IMG/VR virus record: IMGVR_UViG_3300025769_000090
Location: 11,240 to 75,239 of that record
Length of the DNA stretch: 64,000 nucleotides
Source of the DNA: a virus
Direction: 5' to 3' (one strand)
Positions 1 through 8,731 of this stretch are shown piece by piece; position 1 is the stretch's first letter; every line of letters begins with the position of its first letter. The notes below the pieces were generated by a model, which saw only the letters and a program-made list of their open reading frames with translations, had not been told where the DNA came from and searched no databases. The translations under genes were made by a program, and so were the position numbers.

Positions 1-1
1 T

Positions 2-250
2 CAAAAAGAAACTAAATTCCGCAACCACCTTCCCTTACTCATCCACCAAGCTATTCAAACATCCCAAGAAATTGAATACCAAATTTGGAGTTCGGAAAAA
101 CCGGTTATACAACAATCGGTGAAACCCGCTAATGCTTCCAAAGCAGATAAATCAATAAGGAAAGCTAAAGCGATTAACCCAGAAAATAATCCTAATTTTA
201 ACGAAAAAACTAAATCAATCATTGATTCATTTTTTAATACTGACGAATAA
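2..250 (+). CDS. C-terminal fragment of a gene entering the window, possibly HD-domain phosphohydrolase-like
   Basis: Open frame from position 2 to TAA 248-250 (QKETKFRNHLPLLIHQAIQTSQEIEYQIW...FFNTDE*). LP.L.HQA resembles the last helix of phage HD hydrolases, but the usual Asp is absent. Stop overlaps the next ATG. Confidence 0.4.
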   Translation, partial: QKETKFRNHLPLLIHQAIQTSQEIEYQIWSSEKPVIQQSVKPANASKADKSIRKAKAINPENNPNFNEKTKSIIDSFFNTDE

Positions 251-498
251 TGGAAATTATAATAAGCATATTATTAGCACTATTAATAGTAGCGGGATTT
301 GCACTTCGTAATATGATTAAAAAAAATGAAGAATTAGAAGACTTCATAATTAAACAAAGTGAAGCTATTGATATGTGTGATCAAAGATTAAAGCAAATAG
401 ACGATAAAGGTTTTTTTGCTACCGACGATGAAATAGGTTGGTTTTTTACCGAAGTTAGGAAGATACAGGAGGCTATAAATGAATTCCGCCTCCGCTAA
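250..498 (+). CDS. Small membrane-anchored coiled-coil protein, hypothetical
   Basis: N-terminal hydrophobic helix (IIISILLALLIVAGFAL) followed by a charged helix. Confidence 0.75.
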   Translation: MEIIISILLALLIVAGFALRNMIKKNEELEDFIIKQSEAIDMCDQRLKQIDDKGFFATDDEIGWFFTEVRKIQEAINEFRLR

Positions 499-502
499 TT
501 AA

Positions 503-1210
503 ATGGCTAAAAAAAGAGGACGCAAAAGTAAAAGACAATATTTTACAGAAGATACAGAGCACGCAATAATAGAATATCTAGCGAGCGAAGATCAAGCAGA
601 GAGAAATCGGATTTATAATTCACGAATTCATCATTCGTTTTATAAGTTAGCCGAAAATCTTATTCATACATTTAAATTTTATTACACTGAAGTGGATGAC
701 CTCGAGGATTTAAAACACGAGGTTATCTGCTTCCTACTCGAGAAACTTCATTACTTTAAAGCAGGTAAGGGTAAAGCGTTCTCATATTTCAGTATTGTAG
801 GTAAAAATTACCTTATACTTTATAATAATAAAAATTACGCTAAAAAGAAAATTAAGGCTGATTTAATGGATGTGGATACTGATGATAATATTCTAAATGA
901 ATTTGATCGTCAAGTAGTTAGAGGTGAAAAAGTTGAGTTTTTAGACTTATTTATAGCATATATGGATGTAAAAATGCACCGTATGTTTAAAAAAGATGCT
1001 GAAATAAAAGTTTCAGATGCCGTTTTAACTATATTTAAAAAAAGAGAACAACTTGAAATCTTTAATAAAAAAGCAATTTACATTTTTATTAGAGAAATTA
1101 CAGGTGAAGAAACTCCAGTTATAACTAAGGTAGTAAAAAAAATGAAAGGCGAATACCAGAAATGTTATTCCAAATACCTTGAAACTGGATATATTTATAA
1201 TCATGAGTAA
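503..1210 (+). CDS. Phage late-transcription sigma factor (T4 gp55-like)
   Basis: Sigma region-2-like segment DLEDLKHEVICFLLEKLHYF..GKGKAFSYFSIVGKNYLI, compare gp55-family AF.YF; sits directly ahead of the late gene cluster. Confidence 0.65.
   Translation: MAKKRGRKSKRQYFTEDTEHAIIEYLASEDQAERNRIYNSRIHHSFYKLAENLIHTFKFYYTEVDDLEDLKHEVICFLLEKLHYFKAGKGKAFSYFSIVGKNYLILYNNKNYAKKKIKADLMDVDTDDNILNEFDRQVVRGEKVEFLDLFIAYMDVKMHRMFKKDAEIKVSDAVLTIFKKREQLEIFNKKAIYIFIREITGEETPVITKVVKKMKGEYQKCYSKYLETGYIYNHE
1192..1198 (+). promoter_or_regulatory. Putative late promoter TATTTAT
   Basis: Recurrent motif, 4 nt upstream of ATG 1203. Confidence 0.5.
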
Positions 1211-1556
1211 CCCTCTTGATACAGTAATATTTGACGGTAAAACATCATCCGATGTATTTAAGGAAATTTATAATAACAGTAAGAAAAAGGATAAACAAAT
1301 AAGTGCCTTAATAGCTGAATTAAAACCTTTAATACAAAACATAGGTGATGCACCTGTAGTTGTCCCACTTATTAAAGAATACCTTGAAATTGGTGTAAAG
1401 AATGACGAACATTTAATTAAAATGATGGCTGTCATTCAAAGATTAAATAATAATGCTGCTTCTAACGGTGGGGATTCATTACTCACTGATGAAGAACTTA
1501 AACAGTTACAAGCAATAGCTGAAGAAGTAGCAAAAGATGAGTCTAAGACAAAATAA
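1203..1556 (+). CDS. Hypothetical helical protein (small-terminase-like size; function unproven)
   Basis: ATG at 1203 (MSNPLDT...) preferred over the TTG at 1179; predicted all-helical. Confidence 0.7.
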   Translation: MSNPLDTVIFDGKTSSDVFKEIYNNSKKKDKQISALIAELKPLIQNIGDAPVVVPLIKEYLEIGVKNDEHLIKMMAVIQRLNNNAASNGGDSLLTDEELKQLQAIAEEVAKDESKTK

Positions 1557-2703
1557 AAATTATGGATTTAGAGTGGGGGGTACTAGTACTCCTAAACCCT
1601 TGAAAAAAACTAAAAGGGTAGCGGATATTATTCTAAACCCAAATCACCCCAAATATACAGGTCCTGATAGTATTGGTACTATATTTTTTTCAGATGAAAA
1701 TTCCCAAGAAATCACAGCTGACGTATATTCACTCCCTATTGCTAAACCTATTAGTAGAAACAACTATACAGCCCCTTTAATTGGTGAAGTTGTAGAAGTT
1801 ATTCAATCCATTTCAGGGGATTATTACAAAGATTTAGGTGGAAGGCGTAATAATAAATCTTATTATTATTACCCCCCGTTAAATATTCATAATAATACTA
1901 CTAATAATGCTTTACCTGTAGCAATACAAATTCCTCGTTCTACAATAAATCCCACAGGTGTTTCATTTAATGATTCTAATTTTTCTTTAAAAACCGAATT
2001 TACAAATATTAGTTTACAAGCTGTTGAAAGAGATTTAGATAATTACCTAAGAGATTTAGGTTATCCTTCAGGTAGAAAAGATCAGCGAGCACCCAAATAT
2101 AAATTATCTAAGTTAAATAACGGAAGTTATAGCTTTATTTTAAGTGATTCTAGTGGTGAAAATTCATCAAGGTTAGGGGATTATTTTGAAGAAAATAACA
2201 ACCAACAACCTCTCACCCCTACAGAAGGGGATCAAATATACGAAGGTAGATCAGGTCAGCGTATCAGATTTACTAGTACAGGTCCTGATGGTACTAATTC
2301 AATTAGTGATGGTGCTACACAGGTTGAAGATGGCAATTCTACTGTAGGGGATCCTGCTATACTTTTAAGTTTGGGAGAAGATCCTTCGGAAAACATCAAT
2401 ACAGATCAAGGATCATTTTATGTATTATCTAACCATAAAATATCTATAGACGTAATTTGTAAAAATATTGATTCACTCAACTCCAAATATACAGAATTAG
2501 CAAATCCTTTAACACAAATAGCCGCACCCGCTCCTATTATATTACCTGAAGAACCCATATCTACAACTCCTGATATAGATTATAATAATTTGGATCCTGT
2601 AGATGATACCCAAATTTCGTTATCTTTAACGACCCCAAATCCACAAATTAATGATCCTCTGTTTGATGATTTAAATCAAACCCAAGACGAATCTATTTTA
2701 TAA
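1537..2703 (+). CDS. Baseplate hub/spike protein, N-terminal part (gp5/VgrG-like)
   Basis: OB-fold-like PLIGEVVEV and GDQIYEGRSGQRIRF segments; lies upstream of gp25/gp6 homologues. Confidence 0.55.
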   Translation: MSLRQNKNYGFRVGGTSTPKPLKKTKRVADIILNPNHPKYTGPDSIGTIFFSDENSQEITADVYSLPIAKPISRNNYTAPLIGEVVEVIQSISGDYYKDLGGRRNNKSYYYYPPLNIHNNTTNNALPVAIQIPRSTINPTGVSFNDSNFSLKTEFTNISLQAVERDLDNYLRDLGYPSGRKDQRAPKYKLSKLNNGSYSFILSDSSGENSSRLGDYFEENNNQQPLTPTEGDQIYEGRSGQRIRFTSTGPDGTNSISDGATQVEDGNSTVGDPAILLSLGEDPSENINTDQGSFYVLSNHKISIDVICKNIDSLNSKYTELANPLTQIAAPAPIILPEEPISTTPDIDYNNLDPVDDTQISLSLTTPNPQINDPLFDDLNQTQDESIL

Positions 2704-2711
2704 TATAAACT

Positions 2712-3149
2712 ATGGCTACTGAATTTATACAAGAAGATTTATTTGTAGGAAAACAAATTCTAATTGATAGTGATCGATTAGTATTTAATAGTAAAAAAGA
2801 TTCTATACTATCTAGTGATAGTTTAATCCTTTTTAAAACTAACGGCGAATTTCATATTAATACTGGAAAAGATTCATTTATTAACACTCCCAAAATATTT
2901 ATAGGCCCCGTTATAAATGGTGAAACCCCTAATATTCCAGCAGTAAAAAGCGATTCATTAAAAACCATTCTATCTGATTTGCTAAGTTCTTTAGAGGCCT
3001 TTTTTACAGTATCATACCCACAAACTTCGGGATTATCAGGCCCTAATCCAGCAGCAAATCAATTATTAAGCCAATCAATAATTAATAATTTAAAGAGGAT
3101 AGAAGCCAAATTAGACGGTATAGATAGTGAAAATGTATTCATCAGATGA
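2712..3149 (+). CDS. Baseplate spike C-terminal beta-helix-like protein
   Basis: GKQILIDSDRLVFNSKKDSIL...FHINT...FINTPKIFIG beta-repeat pattern; follows 1537-2703. Confidence 0.5.
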   Translation: MATEFIQEDLFVGKQILIDSDRLVFNSKKDSILSSDSLILFKTNGEFHINTGKDSFINTPKIFIGPVINGETPNIPAVKSDSLKTILSDLLSSLEAFFTVSYPQTSGLSGPNPAANQLLSQSIINNLKRIEAKLDGIDSENVFIR

Positions 3150-3970
3150 TTGAAAATTTATTTAATAATAATATTAATTCATTAACTGAAACTTTATTCC
3201 AAAGTAAGGATCAGATACTAGCTTCGGCTCAAAAAAGGGACCAAGAAGGAGCTTTAAAAAAAGTCCCTACCCCTGACCAATTCGAAACAGAATTAAAAGG
3301 ATATATAACAGATAATGTTACCCCTTCACAGTTAGTAGAAATAGAAAATAAACTTAATAAAGCAATTAATTTAATAGAAAAAGCAATCTCAAAATTAAAA
3401 GCTATTAAAAAACCCTTAGATCAAATTAGAAATAAAATTTCGAATATAGAAGCTAAATTATCTTTTTTAAACGAAATATCAGGAATGGTTTCAGAAATTA
3501 CATCCTTTATTAACCCCTTAATTTCTATCATAGATGGACTTTTAGTAGCTAATTCTGGCCCTGCAGCTAATGGGGCTACCATTAATAAGTTAGGAGAACA
3601 GAAAAAAGAAATTAAAAACCTTATAAAAAGAGGATCAAATACTGCTAATAGTATTTCCTCGGTCCAGGGATTTTTCTTTAAAGAAATCGATAAATTAATA
3701 ACTCCTTTAGATGATGGGATATCTAGCCTTAACGAGGCCATTGAATTTTTAGAAAACTTATTACTTAGATTCCAATCTATTTGGGGAGATTTCTTAACCC
3801 AAACCCTATCTAATATTAATCTTGAAAATACAGAATATGAAAATATAGATTTTACTACATATCTTGAAAATAAAGAAGATAATACTAGTGATATTATATC
3901 TGACTTAATAGGTATTAATGAAGGTAATATAAGTACTGGTAACTTAGCGTTTAAAAGATTTAAAATTTAA
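3146..3970 (+). CDS. Hypothetical coiled-coil protein in baseplate cluster
   Basis: ORF overlapping the previous stop; heptad-rich. Confidence 0.7.
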   Translation: MIENLFNNNINSLTETLFQSKDQILASAQKRDQEGALKKVPTPDQFETELKGYITDNVTPSQLVEIENKLNKAINLIEKAISKLKAIKKPLDQIRNKISNIEAKLSFLNEISGMVSEITSFINPLISIIDGLLVANSGPAANGATINKLGEQKKEIKNLIKRGSNTANSISSVQGFFFKEIDKLITPLDDGISSLNEAIEFLENLLLRFQSIWGDFLTQTLSNINLENTEYENIDFTTYLENKEDNTSDIISDLIGINEGNISTGNLAFKRFKI

Positions 3971-3977
3971 TATTTAT
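3971..3977 (+). promoter_or_regulatory. Putative late promoter TATTTAT
   Basis: Intergenic, 15 nt upstream of ATG 3993. Confidence 0.55.
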
Positions 3978-3992
3978 TAAAAACTAATAGTG

Positions 3993-4355
3993 ATGAAATT
4001 AAATTCATTTGAAAAAATAATTAGAAAAGTTGTGCGTGAGGAAATAGATTATGCCTTAAGGCGTGAAATTGCACTACTAAAAGAAGAATTAACTCCTCAA
4101 CCCCAACAACGTATAGTTGAATCCCAATCAAACCCTCAAGAAGTTGAAGATTTTAGATCAAAATTAAGAGCACAAATGCCCCCACCTAATTTTAATACGG
4201 GTAATGATACTCTTAATTCACTTTTATCTGAAACTGCTACGGCACCTAACCCAGAACAAACATTTGCAGCTAACGATCCTGTAAATCAGTTTATAAACAA
4301 AGATTATAGTCAATTAATGACTGCTATCGATAAAAAGAAAGAATTTAGACCCTAA
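3993..4355 (+). CDS. Hypothetical protein with KIIRKVVREE N-terminal helix and IVE/LSE sites
   Basis: ATG at 3993; N-terminal motif shared with 25289, 29187 and 35374. Confidence 0.75.
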   Translation: MKLNSFEKIIRKVVREEIDYALRREIALLKEELTPQPQQRIVESQSNPQEVEDFRSKLRAQMPPPNFNTGNDTLNSLLSETATAPNPEQTFAANDPVNQFINKDYSQLMTAIDKKKEFRP

Positions 4356-4801
4356 TGGCAATACGACTTCGGAACCCTATTAAGATCGACCCTGTAGATG
4401 TAAAAGATAAATCTGCAGTAGGGGTTCGTTTACCTTTTGGTTCAAGGAAAAATGTATTCACCTTAGATTACACCACAAGAAGTCATGCTAAATCTAAATT
4501 AACTAATCTATTATTAACTTCCCCTGGTGAAAGAATTAATCAACCATTTTTCGGTGCAGGGTTAAAAAATAGATTATTTGAACAACAAACCGAAATATCT
4601 GAAGGGGAATTAAGGGATTATATAACCCCACAAGTTAAACGATATATCCCTGAAATAAAAATAAATGATATAGAATTAAAAAAGGGAGGTTTACAAGGAC
4701 ATCAATTATTTGTCACTGTAAACTATTCATTAGTTAATAATGATGAAGAAGAATCAATAACCCTTAGTTTCACTGACACTAATTTTGAATCTAATTACTA
4801 A
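4355..4801 (+). CDS. Baseplate wedge subunit, gp25-like
   Basis: LTNLLLTSPGERINQPFFGAGLKNRLFE is a typical GPW/gp25 motif. Confidence 0.9.
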   Translation: MAIRLRNPIKIDPVDVKDKSAVGVRLPFGSRKNVFTLDYTTRSHAKSKLTNLLLTSPGERINQPFFGAGLKNRLFEQQTEISEGELRDYITPQVKRYIPEIKINDIELKKGGLQGHQLFVTVNYSLVNNDEEESITLSFTDTNFESNY

Positions 4802-6684
4802 TGGCATATATAGACGGAAATACTGGTAATAAAACTATAAATTACCTTAACAAGGATTTTAACGACTTCAAAGAAGCCTTAATTAATATGGCTGAAGTTT
4901 ACTACCCAGATATATCTAATGATTTTTCTGAGGGTAGTCCAGGTACTATGTTTATAGAAATGGCATCTTACATAGGTGATGTATTATCATTTTATACGGA
5001 TGCTCAACTTCAAGAAACTTTTTTGGAATATGCCCAAGAAAGAGAAAATATATATGCCCTAGCATATACTTTAGGGTATACTCCTGCTGTTACTAATCCT
5101 TCGGTTGTAGATTTAGAGATTTTCCAACAAATCCCAGCAAAAACCACAGATGATACCCCAGATTATGATTATGCTCTAAGGATAGAAAAAAACTCTACCT
5201 TTTTACCCAACAATAGTAGTGGTGTTAGTTTTATTATTCAAGATGACGTAAATTTTGCATTCAGTTCTTCCTCAGATCCCACTGAACAAACTGTATATGC
5301 TACAGTAGCTGGTGGAACTCAACCCGATACTTACTTACTTAAAAAAACTGTAAAAGCTATTAGTGCCGAAATCAGAACCAAAACTTTTACTATAGGAGTA
5401 GCCGAAAGATTTAAAACCCTTTCTTTAGACGACTCTAATATTATAGGAATCCAATCAATCACAGATAGTAATAATAACGAATATACTGAAGTCCCTTACT
5501 TAGCACAGGAAACAGTATTTGAAGAAGTACCTAACACAGAAGCTAATGACCCTGATTTAAATCAGTACAATGGCCAAGTACCCTTTTTACTTAGAACTAA
5601 AAAAGTATCAAAACGATTTGTTAGTAGATTTAAATCTAATAATCGTTTAGAAATTCATTTTGGGGCAGGTGCAACAAGTGGAGATGATACTACAATTATC
5701 CCTAATCCAGATAATGTAGGATTAGGAATTAGGGATGGTAGATCATTATTAGATAAATCATTTGACCCCTCAAACTTCCTATATACTAAAACTTATGGAG
5801 AAGTTCCTTCAAATACTACACTTACTGTAAGATACCTCACAGGTGGTGGAATTAAATCAAATACTGGAGCAAATACTATAAATAGATTAGGCAGTGTTAT
5901 TTCAATAGCCCGTAGAGGAAATTTAAACGCAGGATTATTAACTAGTGCTAGGGATTCTATAGCGTGTAATAATCCTAAACCTGCCACAGGTGGAGGATCT
6001 GGAGATACTCTACAGGATATTAAGTTAAATGCTGCTGCTAATTTTGCTTCTCAAAAACGAACAGTAACTAAAGAAGATTATATATTCAGAACTTTAGTAA
6101 TGCCACCCCAATTTGGTAAAGTAGCTAAAGCATATATAGCACAAGATACCCAAATATCACTTGATACTAGTAAAAGAATAGCTAACCCTAATGCATTAAA
6201 CTTATATACCCTGGGTTTTGACATTAACGGCAAATTAACTAATTTATCAGAAGCTGCTAAAATTAATTTAGCAACCTATCTAGAACAATTCAGAATGCTT
6301 ACTGATGCAATTAATATTAAAAATGCTTCTGTAATTAATTTTACGGTTAACTTTGATATTTCTACTAGACGTGGGTATTCGGGTGATAGAGTATTACTAA
6401 CGTGTATTAACGCGTTAAGACGTGAATTAAGTACGGATAATCGCCAAATCAACCAACCTATTAACCTAGGAGATATTAATAGTCTTCTTTATACTATTGA
6501 TGGGGTCCGAACGGTAAATAATTTAGAATTTAAAAACGTATTTGGTGAAGATAAAGGATATTCTAAGTTTAAATACAACTTTGAAGCAGCTACTAAAAAT
6601 GGAAACATATATCCTTCACTTGACCCCAGTATTTTTGAACTAAAATATCCCAACACTGACATAATAGGCAGAGTAACAAGATAA
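4801..6684 (+). CDS. Baseplate wedge protein, T4 gp6 / baseplate-J-like
   Basis: YLNKDFNDFK, GTMFIEMASYIGDVLSFY, ATGGG, QKRTVTKEDY. Confidence 0.88.
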   Translation: MAYIDGNTGNKTINYLNKDFNDFKEALINMAEVYYPDISNDFSEGSPGTMFIEMASYIGDVLSFYTDAQLQETFLEYAQERENIYALAYTLGYTPAVTNPSVVDLEIFQQIPAKTTDDTPDYDYALRIEKNSTFLPNNSSGVSFIIQDDVNFAFSSSSDPTEQTVYATVAGGTQPDTYLLKKTVKAISAEIRTKTFTIGVAERFKTLSLDDSNIIGIQSITDSNNNEYTEVPYLAQETVFEEVPNTEANDPDLNQYNGQVPFLLRTKKVSKRFVSRFKSNNRLEIHFGAGATSGDDTTIIPNPDNVGLGIRDGRSLLDKSFDPSNFLYTKTYGEVPSNTTLTVRYLTGGGIKSNTGANTINRLGSVISIARRGNLNAGLLTSARDSIACNNPKPATGGGSGDTLQDIKLNAAANFASQKRTVTKEDYIFRTLVMPPQFGKVAKAYIAQDTQISLDTSKRIANPNALNLYTLGFDINGKLTNLSEAAKINLATYLEQFRMLTDAINIKNASVINFTVNFDISTRRGYSGDRVLLTCINALRRELSTDNRQINQPINLGDINSLLYTIDGVRTVNNLEFKNVFGEDKGYSKFKYNFEAATKNGNIYPSLDPSIFELKYPNTDIIGRVTR

Positions 6685-6686
6685 CA

Positions 6687-7850
6687 ATGGCACACTATTT
6701 TATTTTTCCCGAAAAAGATGCGACAATATACTCGCACCCTACTAATCAATCTCTTAACACAGGGATAGATGAAATATTAACTTTAAGAGATATAGCCTCA
6801 AACACAGACTTAAATTATTATCCTAGTAGATTTTTAATTCAATTTAAGACTAAAGACTTTGTAGACGTAATTAATAATAAAGTAGGAAATAAAAACTTAA
6901 TTACTGCTAGTTTAAAAGCTTATCAAACTGAACATAGAGAATTAATAGGTGATCAACACTTAGAAATCTACCCATTAGCTGAAAGCTGGGTAAATGGAAC
7001 TGGTAGACTTTCAAACACTCCCCAAACTACAAATGGTGTATCTTGGAAATTTAGAGATGGAAGTGATAACTCATTTTCTAATACATTCGGCACAGCTTGG
7101 ACTACGAGTAGCTTTACCGCGGGCACCACAGGTAGTTTTATAAGTGATGCTAAAGGGGGTGGTGTCTGGTATACTGGATCTGGTTTTGAAGTTGAAAGAA
7201 CATATGGGTTTAACGATGAAATAGATATATCTTTAGATATATCTACCCCAGTTTTAAAACACTATAGTGCTAGCAATGATTCTGCTGTTTACCCTTCTGG
7301 TATAACTAATAATGGTTTTTTAATCAAACGTTCGGGCTCCCAAGAATTCACAGCTAAAGATGAAGGAGAGTTAAATTTCTTCTCCATGGACACCCACACC
7401 ATATACCCACCTTATTTAGATATAGCGTGGGATGATTCATCGTATGATACAGGATCTGCTACAAGCGATAAGATCTTAAACACAGGTGAAGTTTATGTTA
7501 CCCTAAGAAACAATAAAGCAGAATATAAAACTATAGAAGAACCTAAATTTAGACTTAATGTTAGAGAATTATACCCTACACGTAGGTTTACTACTTCTTC
7601 AAACTATTTAGATGTAAAATACTTTACTAGTAAATCATTCTATTCATTAGTTGATTATGCCACAGAAGAAACTATTATACCATTTGGTCCAACTTCTAAA
7701 TTAAGTGCTGATTCTGAAGGTATGTATTTCAAAATGTATATGAATGGTCTTCAAGAGGAAAGATACTATAAGTTACTTTTCAAACACGAAAATGAAGACG
7801 GTATTAGAGTATACGATGAAAACTACTACTTTAAAATCACTAGATCATAA
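6687..7850 (+). CDS. Virion structural protein, baseplate cluster
   Basis: KDATIY...NTGIDEIL...SRFLIQF beta-sandwich-like pattern; context. Confidence 0.65.
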   Translation: MAHYFIFPEKDATIYSHPTNQSLNTGIDEILTLRDIASNTDLNYYPSRFLIQFKTKDFVDVINNKVGNKNLITASLKAYQTEHRELIGDQHLEIYPLAESWVNGTGRLSNTPQTTNGVSWKFRDGSDNSFSNTFGTAWTTSSFTAGTTGSFISDAKGGGVWYTGSGFEVERTYGFNDEIDISLDISTPVLKHYSASNDSAVYPSGITNNGFLIKRSGSQEFTAKDEGELNFFSMDTHTIYPPYLDIAWDDSSYDTGSATSDKILNTGEVYVTLRNNKAEYKTIEEPKFRLNVRELYPTRRFTTSSNYLDVKYFTSKSFYSLVDYATEETIIPFGPTSKLSADSEGMYFKMYMNGLQEERYYKLLFKHENEDGIRVYDENYYFKITRS

Positions 7851-8731
7851 TGGCATACAGCAGCTACAGTGGCAATAATTCGCCTGCAAATAGCAAAGTT
7901 ACTATAGATTCTGATGAAGATCAGGGTTTACCCATAGATAATTTTGATAAGGAAGAAACCCAATTTGATACCCAAGGTGATATAGTATCTATAAGTTCTA
8001 CTATCATTACTGATACCCCCCGTGAAAGAAATAGTAGCGGTGAAATTAAGTTTCGCCGTGAAATATATAGTCCAGCAGCGTTTAAACAACAGGTAGATAC
8101 TAGTTTTAGTGAATTAAATAATACTAGTGAAATAGATGTTTCTACATTTTTCAGACAATACAGTAGATTATTTTACGATATTCCTAGACAAGGTGATGAT
8201 TCCCATGAAACCCTTATAAGGGAAAGCAGTGCATTTTTTACCAATTATGAAGATGCTAGAGATGCTCAAATAGATGTTTTAGAAGCCCAAATAAGCGATC
8301 TTACCCAACAGCTAGCCCTCTTAAATGCAGAAAATCTTGGATTACAAAATGCTAATGATGTTACTACTATAACATATGGCTCCGATTTAGACGATGTAAT
8401 TCTTACTTGGAATGCACCCCTTGCACAAAATGGTTTAGAAGCACGAATCGGACAATTATCAAGAAACTCCAACCAAGTGGAAAACCTTACAGGCACGCCT
8501 TTAGAGACCAATGTAAACTTTAATAATGAACGTCCTGAATTAATACGTGATGCTAGACAAGCATTTGAAAAAGGAGGTTCACAGGGTATTAGAGCTAATG
8601 AAAATCAAAGAAAATTAAGTGAGTGGAAAGCTGACTTTGAACGCAGATCAAGCGGGCGTAGAAAAAGAGACCTAAACAACATTCTAAATGCTATCTACCA
8701 ACTTATATTAAAAGACATAAACGAAGGATAA
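7850..8731 (+). CDS. Hypothetical protein with central coiled coil
   Basis: Translationally coupled (TAATG) on both sides. Confidence 0.7.
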   Translation: MAYSSYSGNNSPANSKVTIDSDEDQGLPIDNFDKEETQFDTQGDIVSISSTIITDTPRERNSSGEIKFRREIYSPAAFKQQVDTSFSELNNTSEIDVSTFFRQYSRLFYDIPRQGDDSHETLIRESSAFFTNYEDARDAQIDVLEAQISDLTQQLALLNAENLGLQNANDVTTITYGSDLDDVILTWNAPLAQNGLEARIGQLSRNSNQVENLTGTPLETNVNFNNERPELIRDARQAFEKGGSQGIRANENQRKLSEWKADFERRSSGRRKRDLNNILNAIYQLILKDINEG

